Part shown: positions 18,857-29,088 of the stretch, piece after piece
Numbering within the stretch: position 1 is the stretch's first letter
Layout: the number at the start of each line of letters is the position of its first letter
Origin: an uncultured Veillonella sp.
Lineage (GTDB): Bacteria > Bacillota > Negativicutes > Veillonellales > Veillonellaceae
DNA: 64,000 nucleotides
NCBI GenBank assembly: GCA_900550175.1
Contig: URQX01000001.1
Coordinates: forward strand, 1,487 to 65,486
Direction of reading: 5' to 3'
Position numbers and translations under genes: made by a program
The notes under the pieces: model-generated
Told to the model about the DNA's origin: nothing
The model's input: the letters and a program-made list of their open reading frames with translations, nothing else
The model's database searches: none

Positions 18857-20077
18857 ATGTCATATGAACCTTTATATAAAGTGTTTTATAAATGCGAAGA
18901 AAAGTGGCAAGAGGTTCTTGATGCACGATATGCATCTGAAAATACGGAACATATAAATCTATTAATAGCACAAATTAATAGAAAAAAGAGCTTTCCTGCT
19001 TTTTTTATGTATCATAAGGATATTCTTGATGTAATGATTCAACTGGAGCGAAAGCATTCAGCTTTTTTAGATTTATTAAAACAAGTTCCGTTAATTATGC
19101 ATCCGCATTTACTGAATACATTTTTGGTAGAAGAAATTAAGGCTAGTAATGATATTGAAGGTGTTCATAGTAGCAGAAGAGAGATTCAAGAGGCTATTGA
19201 TACGAATATTACTGAGGTAAAAAGATTTAGTAGTGTCGTATCAAAATACAGAGATATATTAAACTCATCAGGAAGGCAAGAATTCTATACAAATGAAGAG
19301 ATTAGAGCTCTATATGATGAGTTAGTATCAAATGAAATTGAAGAGAAAAATAAACTAGATGGTATAATTTTTAGACGTGATCCAGTTTCCGTTTATGATG
19401 GATATGATAGAGAGATTCATATAGGAACTACGCCAGAATCACAAATTATCAAACTTATGACCATAGCACTAGAGTTTTTGAATAATGATGAGATACAATT
19501 ACCAATTCGTGTGGCGGTATTTCATTATATGTTTGGTTATATTCATCCTTTTTATGATGGTAATGGCCGTGTGAATAGATATATTTCTTCCTCGTATTTG
19601 TCAAAGGATTTTCATCCGTTGGTAGCCTTGCGTTTATCCGCTTTAATAAAGGCTAATCGTTCTAAATATTATAAAAGCTTTATTAATACTACGTCAGAGC
19701 GCAATGGAGGAGATTTAACTCCTTTTGTCATCCAATTTTTAACTTTTTTAGTTGATACCGTTGATAATTTAAGTGAATTGCTTAATACACGGTTAGAAAG
19801 ATTACGTAATGCCTGTGATCAATTAGATCAGTTTTTTATTAACCAAGGAATTACAGATGAACTGGTTCAAGACATATATTACATCTTATTACAGACATCG
19901 CTATTTATGATTGGACCAGGAATCACTCGAGAAGAGTTATGGAAAAATTTAGGTAAGAGTAAAAAGACCGTATATGAACGTATTAAACATATACCACGGG
20001 AATATCTTAAAGTCCAAAAAGTAGGTAAAACAGAGCATTTTAAGTTAAAGAAATCCATATTGAGTTCTATTCAGTAA
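18857..20077 (+). CDS. Fic-domain protein (class II) with a probable C-terminal HTH
   Basis: HPFYDGNGRVNR Fic motif and N-terminal inhibitory motif SNDIEG. Confidence 0.9.
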   Translation: MSYEPLYKVFYKCEEKWQEVLDARYASENTEHINLLIAQINRKKSFPAFFMYHKDILDVMIQLERKHSAFLDLLKQVPLIMHPHLLNTFLVEEIKASNDIEGVHSSRREIQEAIDTNITEVKRFSSVVSKYRDILNSSGRQEFYTNEEIRALYDELVSNEIEEKNKLDGIIFRRDPVSVYDGYDREIHIGTTPESQIIKLMTIALEFLNNDEIQLPIRVAVFHYMFGYIHPFYDGNGRVNRYISSSYLSKDFHPLVALRLSALIKANRSKYYKSFINTTSERNGGDLTPFVIQFLTFLVDTVDNLSELLNTRLERLRNACDQLDQFFINQGITDELVQDIYYILLQTSLFMIGPGITREELWKNLGKSKKTVYERIKHIPREYLKVQKVGKTEHFKLKKSILSSIQ

Positions 20078-20097
20078 TCTATGAAAGAAGAGTTACT

Positions 20098-20598
20098 ATG
20101 AATAATTTTAAAATTCGTCGTGCTAGAATTGATGACATCTCATCTTGTTTAGATATTTATAATTACGAGGTTGTAAACGGCGTAGCAACCCTTGATCTTG
20201 AACCTCGTACATTGCCAGAGTGGCAGGAGTGGTATGAGGCTCATCAAATATCTGAGCACTGCATTTTTGTAGGGATTATGGACGATGTTGTGGTAGGCTA
20301 TGCATCGCTTTCACCGTATAGAACAAAGGATGCGTTCAAAAGTACCGTCGAATTATCTATCTACATCCATCAAGAGTATCGCGGTAAAGGTGTGGCGTCT
20401 AAATTGATGGCCCATATATTAGAGCATGCTAAAGAAACGGAAACATTACATACGGTGGTGTCTGTTATTACGGCAGGAAATGCGGCAAGTACTGCGCTAC
20501 ATGAGCGTTTTGGATTTACCTACTGTGGACTGACCCCTCAAGTTGGTTTCAAACATGGTAAATATCAGGATACCGAAACATACGCATTATTGATATAA
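20098..20598 (+). CDS. GNAT acetyltransferase, Pat/YncA (phosphinothricin / methionine-sulfoximine) family
   Basis: IYNYEV, TVELSIYI...RGKGVA, NAAS..LHERFGF, VGFKHG. Confidence 0.85.
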   Translation: MNNFKIRRARIDDISSCLDIYNYEVVNGVATLDLEPRTLPEWQEWYEAHQISEHCIFVGIMDDVVVGYASLSPYRTKDAFKSTVELSIYIHQEYRGKGVASKLMAHILEHAKETETLHTVVSVITAGNAASTALHERFGFTYCGLTPQVGFKHGKYQDTETYALLI

Positions 20599-20682
20599 TA
20601 AAACATAGATATTAAATTACAGACTAAATGTACAGATGATAGATAAGGGTTCACCATGGGTTAGGGTGAATAGGGTGATTGA

Positions 20683-21546
20683 ATGAACATGAAAGATGAA
20701 CGGCAGTTCGTTGGATACAGTAAGTATCGTAGCCGTCTTGTAGATGGTCATGTGCATACAGAACTGTGCCCACATGGTAGTGGGGACCGAACTGCAATGA
20801 TGATTGAAAAAGCCATCGAGTTGCGCATTGAGAAAGTATGCCTTACAGAACATGCGCCATTGCCAAAGGCTTTTGCCGTTGAATACGGTGGTGACCAAAA
20901 GGCCTATGATACAGCATCTTTGAAATTGAACCAAGTAGATACCTACTTAGAACTAGGCCGTCAATTACAACGTGCCTATGGCACACATATTGATATCTCT
21001 CTCGGCTTTGAAGTGGATTACATTCCAGGCTTTGAGACGGATATTCAAGAGTTCCTCGATCGCTATGGTCCATTGACGGACGATAATATTTTGTCCGTTC
21101 ACTTCATGGAAGGCGTGAATAATGCCTATTACTGCTTAGACTATAGCCCTGAAGAATTTAAAAAGGGTTTTGGTCCGTGGATTGAAAAGCAATATGAGTT
21201 GTATTATAAATATTACTCAACCGTGCGCCAAGCCGTGCGAGCTGACCTTGGTGAATATACACCAAAACGCATTGGTCACTTTGATTTGATTAAAAAATAC
21301 CAACACCACTTTGGCTTTGAGCGTCACTTGGATCGCCGCAATGCGCAGGTAGTGAGCGATATCTTGCATATCATGCGCGTACAAGGGCGCGAACTAGACT
21401 ACAACATGAGTGGCTTCTTCAAACCAGATTGCCGTGAAATGTATCCAAGCCGCTTTATTCAAGGTATGGCTGCTATCATCGGGGTGCCATTTGTACTTGG
21501 CTCTGATGCACATAGCATAGCTGATATAGAAAAAATTTGGGGCTAG
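20683..21546 (+). CDS. hisJ: Histidinol-phosphatase, PHP (HisJ) family
   Basis: DGHVHTELCPHG, TEHAPLP, ILSVH, IGHFDLIKK and GSDAH motifs. Lies near the his cluster. Confidence 0.9.
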   Translation: MNMKDERQFVGYSKYRSRLVDGHVHTELCPHGSGDRTAMMIEKAIELRIEKVCLTEHAPLPKAFAVEYGGDQKAYDTASLKLNQVDTYLELGRQLQRAYGTHIDISLGFEVDYIPGFETDIQEFLDRYGPLTDDNILSVHFMEGVNNAYYCLDYSPEEFKKGFGPWIEKQYELYYKYYSTVRQAVRADLGEYTPKRIGHFDLIKKYQHHFGFERHLDRRNAQVVSDILHIMRVQGRELDYNMSGFFKPDCREMYPSRFIQGMAAIIGVPFVLGSDAHSIADIEKIWG

Positions 21547-21550
21547 ATTC

Positions 21551-22015
21551 ATGAGAAAGTTTTTGCTTGGGATCATTATTCTCATAACTCTAATAACAGC
21601 TTTTATAGCTTATATGTTTTATCATGAACCATCATCTAATGAGCTAGTTGGGCGCAGTGTAGCTTTAGAATTTGGGCCTAAGAATGAAATTCATATTAGC
21701 AAATTGGGTAGCCAATTTATTGTATCTGATACTAGTTTCTCTAACTCTAAATTTCCTTATTTCTTTGATGCCTTTGTAGAGAAAGATAAGGCTGGCAGCT
21801 CGTATCTATACTTATTATGTAAGGATAATATGATTGTCTTTGATAATAATATGAATTGTATTCTATTCTTCTCCAAACAAAACCAAGAGTCCAAAGCTTT
21901 ATTAGATCATGTAAAGAAATATTATCATTTTGATGCAAGTAAAACGAAGTATAAGATTGAAGACTTAGATGAAGTTGATAAGTCTATATATCTATCGTTA
22001 CAAAGTCAAAATTAA
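21551..22015 (+). CDS. Hypothetical protein with an N-terminal membrane anchor
   Basis: 154-aa AT-rich ORF with a hydrophobic N-terminus. Confidence 0.65.
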   Translation: MRKFLLGIIILITLITAFIAYMFYHEPSSNELVGRSVALEFGPKNEIHISKLGSQFIVSDTSFSNSKFPYFFDAFVEKDKAGSSYLYLLCKDNMIVFDNNMNCILFFSKQNQESKALLDHVKKYYHFDASKTKYKIEDLDEVDKSIYLSLQSQN

Positions 22016-22044
22016 TCCTTAAAACTCTGGAAAACGGGGAGAAA

Positions 22045-22437
22045 ATGAGTAAACTTGGAATATTAGGATATTTTTTTGTTTTTATATCTATATCATTATC
22101 TATAGGGTTATATAAAATTGAGATCCGTAAATGTTCATTTGATGAAAAATATGAATATATGAAAAAACATAGAATTTTTGGTAGCCTAACAAAGTATTTA
22201 TCTATAATCTCTATTATAAGTTTAGTGGTATTAAATCTTAAATTTTTAATGGATAAAGATTATAAATTTATAGTAGATTATGGCAGTATTTGGTTGATTT
22301 TCTTCTTTTTTACAATACTCACGGGGTTTTGTCAAAAAAGAGATAGTATATATTTTAAAGAGGGCCTTATTGCAGCGATTTCTGCATTATGGGGGATTAT
22401 CGTGTTTGCTTATGCGTTTAGAAAAGTCCTTTTTTAA
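22045..22437 (+). CDS. Hypothetical membrane protein (about 4 TM helices)
   Basis: 130-aa, very AT-rich ORF with a GGGAG RBS and four hydrophobic segments. Confidence 0.65.
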   Translation: MSKLGILGYFFVFISISLSIGLYKIEIRKCSFDEKYEYMKKHRIFGSLTKYLSIISIISLVVLNLKFLMDKDYKFIVDYGSIWLIFFFFTILTGFCQKRDSIYFKEGLIAAISALWGIIVFAYAFRKVLF

Positions 22438-22502
22438 ATAGAAAATATATATTGTTTTACTATATTAGACTAATGATATGGAATTCTTTAAGAAACCATA
22501 GC

Positions 22503-22532
22503 AAAGGGGCACCTCGAAGGAGGTGCCCCTTT
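22503..22532 (+). terminator. Strong hairpin / terminator
   Basis: aaaggggcacctc-gaag-gaggtgccccttt. Confidence 0.8.
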
Positions 22533-22682
22533 AGTTATTAATAAGGAAAACTACACTTTATTAACAGGGAAATTCTTTATGCTATACTTTAAACTGTGTT
22601 AATATGATAAAATAAACGGTATAAATACTTCAACAACTAGGTTTATTACCTATAATGACCCATAATTAAATTTGAGTAATAC

Positions 22683-22765
22683 TAACGGTTCTATTGACAA
22701 TTCTATAGAACCGTTATATTATAATTTCATACTTTAACAAGATAAAGCGATAAAATAGAAAAGTA
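22683..22765 (+). promoter_or_regulatory. his cluster promoter with a putative HisR (TrpR-family) operator
   Basis: TTGACA 22694-22699, 17 bp, TATTAT 22717-22722. TACTTTAACAAGATAAAGCG at 22730-22749 fits the YACTTTA-N6-TAAAGYR type palindrome. A 12-bp inverted repeat surrounds the -35. Confidence 0.6.
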
Positions 22766-22911
22766 TCGATATAGGTAAATTTTTTCTCATAACAAATTGA
22801 ATAGCTAGATGACTTAAACCGTCATATAACTTAAATGGTTAATGCAGATGACATATAGCATTCAAAAACATGAGAAATGATATAGATCAAATAATAGAAA
22901 GGATGTTTACG

Positions 22912-24513
22912 ATGGTACAGCAGCAATTACCTACGGGGTTCCGTGATGATATAGGGGCCGTAGCGGAGCGCAAGGATGATGTGAGCCAATATGTGCTCGG
23001 TCTATGTCGTAGCCGCCAATACACAAAGATCTCTACACCTCTTGTGGAGTACAAGGATGTATTTAATGGCTATGCAATGGGGCGCGGTCAGCATATGTAC
23101 GAGTTCATGGATAGTTCGGACGCGTCCGTCGTAATTCGTCCTGATTTAACCATGCCAATCGGTCGTTTTTTGGCTACCACAAATATTGAATTACCTCGCA
23201 CGTTCTACTATTTAGGCGATGTGTTCATGAAGAATAAAAAGCACCGCGGCGATGTAAACCAAGTAACACAAGGTGGCATCGAGATGATAGGTTATGAAGG
23301 GATTGAAGCCGAGCAAGAATGCTTTGCCATCATTAAAGAGGTAAACGAAACACAACTTGGTAATAATTTGCTATTAGAAATTGGGGATGCTCGTTTCTCT
23401 CGTGCTATTACCGATGCGCTTGGCCTTAGTGATGAAGAAAAATCTGAGCTCCTTGATGCTTTGTTTACTAAATATTTACCTCGTTACAACGAGTTGATTT
23501 CCGATTTTAAAAATAGTGCGTTATATCCATTCTTAACTGTATGGCCTCGCTTGTTCGGCACGGTCCGAGATATTAAGGATGAGCTCAACCAAATCATCTT
23601 GCCGGCCAGTGCGCAACGCATTTTAGACAATCTCGTAGATATGGCCAACCAAGTGGCGCAAACAGGTCAGCAGGTTCGTATCGACGTGTCTACAGAACCG
23701 CTTCAATCCTATTACACAGGCCTCACCTTTAGAGGCTACGTGGATGGCGTATCTCAATACATCGTCAGCGGCGGCCGTTATGATGGCTTGTTATCTAGCT
23801 TTGATGGCACGCCGATGCCGGCCGTTGGGATGGCTTTTAACATCGATGTGTTGACAGAGGTTACCTTGAATGGTGAAAGTAACAATCAAGATAATGGTAA
23901 ATTACGTATTGCTCTTACAAAGGGCCGTGTCGAGAAGGATTTTATTCCTCTCTTAGAAGCTTGTGGTATCGATTGTGAGCCGTTACGAAACAAGGCGCGT
24001 AAGCTTATCATTCCATTAGGTGATGCCATTGAAGTAATACTCGCTAAAGGCCCTGATGTAACAACATATTTGAAAAATGGTGTAGTAGACCTCGGTATTG
24101 TTGGTAGTGATGTACTAGATGAACAAGATGATACGAGCTATGAAATGCTTGATCTACAAACTGGTAAATGTCAATTTATCTTGGCCTCTCTGGCTGGATA
24201 TGATCCTAAAGAAGGGCGCCGCCAACGTATTGGTACGAAATATCCGACCATTACGAAACAGTACTTTGGAGCGCAAGATGTGGAAATCATCAAAATTGAA
24301 GGATCCGTTGAGTTAGCACCTCTCGTAGGTCTAGCGGATGCCATTGTAGATATTACAGAAACGGGCACAACATTGCGTGAAAACAACTTAGAAATCTTTG
24401 ACTGGTTACAAAAAATTTCTACTCGCTTAGTAGCTAATCCATTAGCACTAAAACAAAAGAGAAATACCATTTTTAAACTTATAGATCAGCTTTCAGAAGC
24501 CATTAATAAATAA
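22912..24513 (+). CDS. hisZG: Fused ATP phosphoribosyltransferase regulatory subunit (HisZ) and short-form catalytic subunit (HisG)
   Basis: N-terminal HisZ motifs LPTGFRD, IRPDLTMPIGR, YYTGLTF, SGGRYDGLL, AVGMAF. C-terminal HisG motifs LRIALTKGRV, DVTTY..G..DLGIVG.DVL, IEGSVELAP..GLADAIVD. One open frame. Confidence 0.9.
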   Translation: MVQQQLPTGFRDDIGAVAERKDDVSQYVLGLCRSRQYTKISTPLVEYKDVFNGYAMGRGQHMYEFMDSSDASVVIRPDLTMPIGRFLATTNIELPRTFYYLGDVFMKNKKHRGDVNQVTQGGIEMIGYEGIEAEQECFAIIKEVNETQLGNNLLLEIGDARFSRAITDALGLSDEEKSELLDALFTKYLPRYNELISDFKNSALYPFLTVWPRLFGTVRDIKDELNQIILPASAQRILDNLVDMANQVAQTGQQVRIDVSTEPLQSYYTGLTFRGYVDGVSQYIVSGGRYDGLLSSFDGTPMPAVGMAFNIDVLTEVTLNGESNNQDNGKLRIALTKGRVEKDFIPLLEACGIDCEPLRNKARKLIIPLGDAIEVILAKGPDVTTYLKNGVVDLGIVGSDVLDEQDDTSYEMLDLQTGKCQFILASLAGYDPKEGRRQRIGTKYPTITKQYFGAQDVEIIKIEGSVELAPLVGLADAIVDITETGTTLRENNLEIFDWLQKISTRLVANPLALKQKRNTIFKLIDQLSEAINK

Positions 24514-24560
24514 GAGATAGAACTAATAGTGCGAATCGCATATAGGAAGAAGGACATTTG

Positions 24561-25838
24561 ATGAAAATTTATAAAGAATCATTAGATACGATGCTCAGTA
24601 TCGTGCGAAATTATACTCAACAAACTACAGATATGGAAGTTGAACGCCGCGTGTACGATATCATCGCTGACGTTCGCGCTAATGGTGATGCGGCATTAAA
24701 GGCCTATTCTGAAAAATTCGATGGTGTGTCTATTGAAGACTTCAAGGTGCCTCAAGAGGAAATCGACGCCGCTTATGAGTCCTTATCCGATGATTTGAAA
24801 GCAGCCTTATTAAAGGCGAAGGCTAATATCACTGAGTTTCACAGCCGTGAAATTGAGCAAGGCTTTGTAGACATGGATACACCGGGCATCATCCGTGGTC
24901 AAAAGGTGATCCCATTGGCTCGGGTTGGCCTTTACGTTCCTGGCGGTACAGCAGCATATCCTTCTACTATTATCATGACTGCGTTGCCAGCTAAAATTGC
25001 AGGCGTTAAAGAAATCGTTATGGTTACACCTCCTCAAAAGGACGGCATCAATCCTGCTGTATTGGGTGCAGCCAAGCTTGCTGGCGTTGATGCAGTATAC
25101 CAAGTAGGTGGTGCTCAAGGTGTGGCGGCTCTTGCATATGGTACTGAAAGCATTCCAAAGGTTGATAAAATCGTAGGCCCTGGCAATATTTACGTAGCCA
25201 CTGCAAAACGCCAAGTATTTGGTCAAGTTGATATCGACATGATTGCAGGCCCTAGTGAAATCGGCGTTATTGCTGACGATAGTGCAAATCCAGTTCACCT
25301 CGCCGCAGATCTTTTGTCCCAAGCGGAACATGATCCTCGGGCGCGCGCTATTATGGTTACTACTAGTGAAAGCCTAGCAAATGCTGTATCCGATGAGGTA
25401 GAACGTCAATTGAAATTGTTGCCTCGTGAAAGCATCGCTCGTCCTGCTATTGAGAATAACAGTTATATTGCCGTTATGGACAGTGTTGAAGACATGTTTA
25501 CAGTCATGAACGAAGTAGCGCCAGAGCATTTAGAAATCCAGTTACCAGATCCAATGAACTATATGAGCCTCGTTCAAAATGCAGGCTCTGTATTCCTCGG
25601 TGCCTATGCATCTGAGCCATTGGGTGATTATGTAGGCGGTACAAATCACGTATTGCCTACAAGTGGCACAGCACGATTCTCCTCTCCACTTGGTGTATAT
25701 GACTTCGTAAAACGTACATCCTTTACACAATTTACAAAAGAACGATTAGAAGAAGTAGCAACACACATTACTACATTAGCTCGTACAGAAGGCCTTGAAG
25801 CACATGCTCGTGCCATCGAAGTACGCTTTGAAAAATAG
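24561..25838 (+). CDS. hisD: Histidinol dehydrogenase
   Basis: VGLYVPGGTAAYPS, IDMIAGPSE, SQAEHD, APEHLE, GTNHVLPT. Confidence 0.97.
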   Translation: MKIYKESLDTMLSIVRNYTQQTTDMEVERRVYDIIADVRANGDAALKAYSEKFDGVSIEDFKVPQEEIDAAYESLSDDLKAALLKAKANITEFHSREIEQGFVDMDTPGIIRGQKVIPLARVGLYVPGGTAAYPSTIIMTALPAKIAGVKEIVMVTPPQKDGINPAVLGAAKLAGVDAVYQVGGAQGVAALAYGTESIPKVDKIVGPGNIYVATAKRQVFGQVDIDMIAGPSEIGVIADDSANPVHLAADLLSQAEHDPRARAIMVTTSESLANAVSDEVERQLKLLPRESIARPAIENNSYIAVMDSVEDMFTVMNEVAPEHLEIQLPDPMNYMSLVQNAGSVFLGAYASEPLGDYVGGTNHVLPTSGTARFSSPLGVYDFVKRTSFTQFTKERLEEVATHITTLARTEGLEAHARAIEVRFEK

Positions 25839-25959
25839 TGTATATAAATAGATTAGTTCATATATTTGGAGTCTATATTTAAATACTGATTTAAACATAG
25901 ATTGAAATAGTAATTAGAAATATAGATTGTAACAATAGATTTGGAGCACAGAGGTCGTT

Positions 25960-26550
25960 ATGATACGCACAGGTACGGTGCAACGCACCACGCAAGAAAC
26001 AGATATTACAGTAGAACTTACCCTTGATGGGGTGCAAACGAGCACCATCTCCACAGGAATTGGATTTTTTGACCACATGTTGACGCTGCTGGCGAAACAT
26101 GGTCGCTTTGGCCTTGTAGTTGAGGCAAAGGGCGATACATACGTAGATGCTCACCACACCGTTGAGGACATTGGATTGGCGTTAGGTCAAGCTTTGGTGA
26201 AAGCCCTTGGCGATAAGGCCGGCATCGAGCGTTACGGTGATGCGTGGGTTCCTATGGACGAAGCGCTAACACAAGTTGTAATCGACTTGAGCGGCCGTCC
26301 GTACCTCGTGTTCCAAGGCGAATGGAGTACTCCAGTTCTTGGGGGCAACTTTGAAACAGAGTTAGTGGAGGATTTCTTCCAAGCGTTAGCGATGAGCGGC
26401 GCTATGAATTTACATGTGCGCAATTTATATGGTCGCAATACGCACCACATTATTGAAAGCATGTTTAAGGCTACAGGTCGTGCATTGCGCAAGGCTGTTA
26501 CGATTAACCCAGATATTCAAGGGGTAAACTCTACAAAGGGTGTTATTTAA
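25960..26550 (+). CDS. hisB: Imidazoleglycerol-phosphate dehydratase
   Basis: [30 protein letters not shown]. Confidence 0.97.
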   Translation: MIRTGTVQRTTQETDITVELTLDGVQTSTISTGIGFFDHMLTLLAKHGRFGLVVEAKGDTYVDAHHTVEDIGLALGQALVKALGDKAGIERYGDAWVPMDEALTQVVIDLSGRPYLVFQGEWSTPVLGGNFETELVEDFFQALAMSGAMNLHVRNLYGRNTHHIIESMFKATGRALRKAVTINPDIQGVNSTKGVI

Positions 26551-26576
26551 TACAGTCATTTAATAAAGGAGAACCT

Positions 26577-27296
26577 ATGATTTTTCCAGCTATAGATTTA
26601 CAAGATGGTCGCAGCGTTCGCCTCTATAAAGGTGACTTCGCGCAGGAAACGGTTATCAATCCAGATCCAGTGGCCCAAGCAAAACAATATGAAGATGCCA
26701 AGGTAGGCGCACTCCACCTCGTCGATTTAGACGGTGCTAAGGCTGGGAAGCCTGTTAACGTAGATATTGTAAAAGCAGTGCGTCAGGCTTTCACAGGCAT
26801 CCTTGAAATCGGCGGCGGCATCCGAGATAAATCGGCTGTTGATCTCTATTTAGGCTTAGGCGTAGACAGAGTTATCCTAGGTTCTGTGGCCCTTAAAAAC
26901 CCTGAACTTACGAAACAGGTTATCGCTGAATATGGTGCAGAGCGCATCGTTATCGGTGTAGACGGTAAAAATGGTAAGGTCGCTGCTGAAGGTTGGCTCG
27001 ATCAATCCGATGTGCCTATGACCGATTTAATCGGCGCCATGATTGAAGGCGGGGCAAAGTACTTCATCGTTACCGATGTGGACCGCGACGGTACCATGCA
27101 GGGGGCTAACGAAGACTTGCTCGGCGATTTGCAAAAAACATTCCCTACAGCTCGCATCGTCGCTTCTGGTGGTGTTCGTAATTTAGAAGATATTAAATCC
27201 CTTGAAGCAAAAGGCGTCATGGATAGTATCGTCGGTAAAGCGCTATATGAAGGAACGATTACATTAGAGGAAATCGCTGCGTATAACCAACGATAA
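26577..27296 (+). CDS. hisA: ProFAR isomerase
   Basis: IFPAIDL.DG..VRLYKGD, LHLVDLDGA, GGGIR, TDVDRDGTM.G. Confidence 0.96.
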   Translation: MIFPAIDLQDGRSVRLYKGDFAQETVINPDPVAQAKQYEDAKVGALHLVDLDGAKAGKPVNVDIVKAVRQAFTGILEIGGGIRDKSAVDLYLGLGVDRVILGSVALKNPELTKQVIAEYGAERIVIGVDGKNGKVAAEGWLDQSDVPMTDLIGAMIEGGAKYFIVTDVDRDGTMQGANEDLLGDLQKTFPTARIVASGGVRNLEDIKSLEAKGVMDSIVGKALYEGTITLEEIAAYNQR

Positions 27297-27390
27297 TTAT
27301 AGAAACGACAGTATTGTGTTCGCTTTATACTATATTGTTTAGCATGATGGACGGAAATATATTGAGTAATACTCAATGGAGAGGAGATTT

Positions 27391-28149
27391 ATGTTAGCGA
27401 AACGGATCATTCCGTGCCTGGATGTAGACGATGGGCGCGTTAAAAAAGGGGTTAACTTTGTTAATCTCGTAGATGTAGGCAGTCCTGTAGATATTGCGGC
27501 GTCCTATGAACAGCAACAGGCTGACGAATTAGTATTCTTAGATATTACGGCCACTGTTGATGCACGGACTACCATGCGCGATGTGGTACAAGAGATTTCA
27601 TCCCAAGTATTTATGCCTCTCACCGTTGGTGGCGGTATTAAGAGTATCGATGATATGACGGCTTTATTGAAAGCTGGTGCCGACAAGGTATCCTTGAACT
27701 CTGCAGCCCTTGCTAATCCTGAACTCATTTCAGAAGGGGCTCAAAAGTTTGGCAATCAATGCATGGTAGTAGCCATCGATGTAAAAACAGACGAAGAAAC
27801 TGGTGAATGGTATGCCTATACTCACGGTGGTCGTAACCGTACCGAGTGGAAGGCTCTTGATTGGGCCAAGGAGGCTGTATCTCGTGGGGCTGGAGAACTG
27901 CTCGTAACGAGTATGGACAAGGACGGTACAAAATCTGGTTTTGATATTGAACTATATAAGGCAATTGAAGACGTTGTAGATGTGCCTATTATCGCCTCTA
28001 GTGGTGCAGGTACTGTGCAAGATTTTATAGATCTCTTTGAAGAAACAGGCGTGACAGGTGCCTTAGCGGCATCAATCTTCCACTTTGGGGAGATTAAAAT
28101 TCCAGAACTCAAAGATGAATTACGAGCTCAAGGCATTACTGTACGATAG
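27391..28149 (+). CDS. hisF: Imidazole glycerol phosphate synthase cyclase subunit
   Basis: [12 protein letters not shown] (catalytic Asp present), [34 protein letters not shown]. Confidence 0.95.
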   Translation: MLAKRIIPCLDVDDGRVKKGVNFVNLVDVGSPVDIAASYEQQQADELVFLDITATVDARTTMRDVVQEISSQVFMPLTVGGGIKSIDDMTALLKAGADKVSLNSAALANPELISEGAQKFGNQCMVVAIDVKTDEETGEWYAYTHGGRNRTEWKALDWAKEAVSRGAGELLVTSMDKDGTKSGFDIELYKAIEDVVDVPIIASSGAGTVQDFIDLFEETGVTGALAASIFHFGEIKIPELKDELRAQGITVR

Positions 28150-28285
28150 AAAGTAGCTTTCATACATACGTTTTTAAATAATTACAGTATTTAAAGGTAA
28201 TTGAAGACAGTACATAAAAGGCTATGGTAACGATACTAATAAAACACTGAGTTTTAAAACGATTATTTTCATAAAGGATTAATAT

Positions 28286-28600
28286 ATGAAACCTGATTTT
28301 GAAAAGGGAAATGGCTTATTGCCAACGGTTGTACAAGATGCAGATACAAAAGATGTGCTCATGGTGGCGTGGATGAACGAAGAAAGCTTTCACAAAACAC
28401 TAGAGACAAAGGAAACGTGGTTCTGGTCGCGCTCTCGTCAGGAGCTGTGGCACAAGGGCGGTACGAGCGGCAATGTGCAACACGTGGTGAGTATGGCCCT
28501 CGATTGTGACGGCGATACCTTGCTCATTCAAGTTAAGCCGGAAGGCCCTGCGTGTCACACGGGGCGTATAAGCTGTTTCTTTAATGATGTAGAGGCTTAG
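28286..28600 (+). CDS. hisI: Phosphoribosyl-AMP cyclohydrolase
   Basis: [28 protein letters not shown]. Confidence 0.96.
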   Translation: MKPDFEKGNGLLPTVVQDADTKDVLMVAWMNEESFHKTLETKETWFWSRSRQELWHKGGTSGNVQHVVSMALDCDGDTLLIQVKPEGPACHTGRISCFFNDVEA

Positions 28601-28695
28601 TGCTTAATAAGAAACGCATAATGGTAATCAATAGGTTAACCACAATAGATTAGACAAAAGAGTATGTATATATTAGAGACATAACGGAGTTATAT

Positions 28696-29022
28696 ATGGC
28701 ACAGCAAACATTGAACGAATTATACGAAATTATCAAGAACCGCAAGGCACAGCCAAAGGAAGGTTCTTATACAAATTACTTATTTGATAAAGGGCTCGAT
28801 AAAATCTTGAAAAAGGTAGGCGAAGAGGCTACTGAAGTTGTTATCGCTGCAAAGAACGAGGACCCTCAAGAATTGATATACGAAACGGCTGATGTATTGT
28901 ATCACTTGCTAGTATTACTAGCAGAGAAAAATATTCCTTACGAAGCCATCGAGGCAGAGCTTGCTAGTCGTGAAGGCGTAGTAAGTAAGACTACAGATCG
29001 CCCAGAAATTACGAATTTATAA
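28696..29022 (+). CDS. hisE: Phosphoribosyl-ATP pyrophosphohydrolase
   Basis: SYT..L..KG..KILKKVGEEATE and E.ADVLYH motifs. Confidence 0.96.
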   Translation: MAQQTLNELYEIIKNRKAQPKEGSYTNYLFDKGLDKILKKVGEEATEVVIAAKNEDPQELIYETADVLYHLLVLLAEKNIPYEAIEAELASREGVVSKTTDRPEITNL

Positions 29023-29088
29023 TGAACACCGTATTGTGAGATTACATAGGTTCATATGAGTTAAGAAAATAGTTAGAAAGGATAGCTT

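Noticed and set aside
18582..18956. ORFs 18582-18833 (-) and 18753-18956 (+)
   Set aside because: Low-complexity AT-rich frames over the divergent promoter region. The real small gene here is 18431-18526.
22750..22911. His leader peptide or T-box attenuator before hisZG
   Set aside because: No run of His codons, no T-box consensus and no terminator hairpin in the leader.
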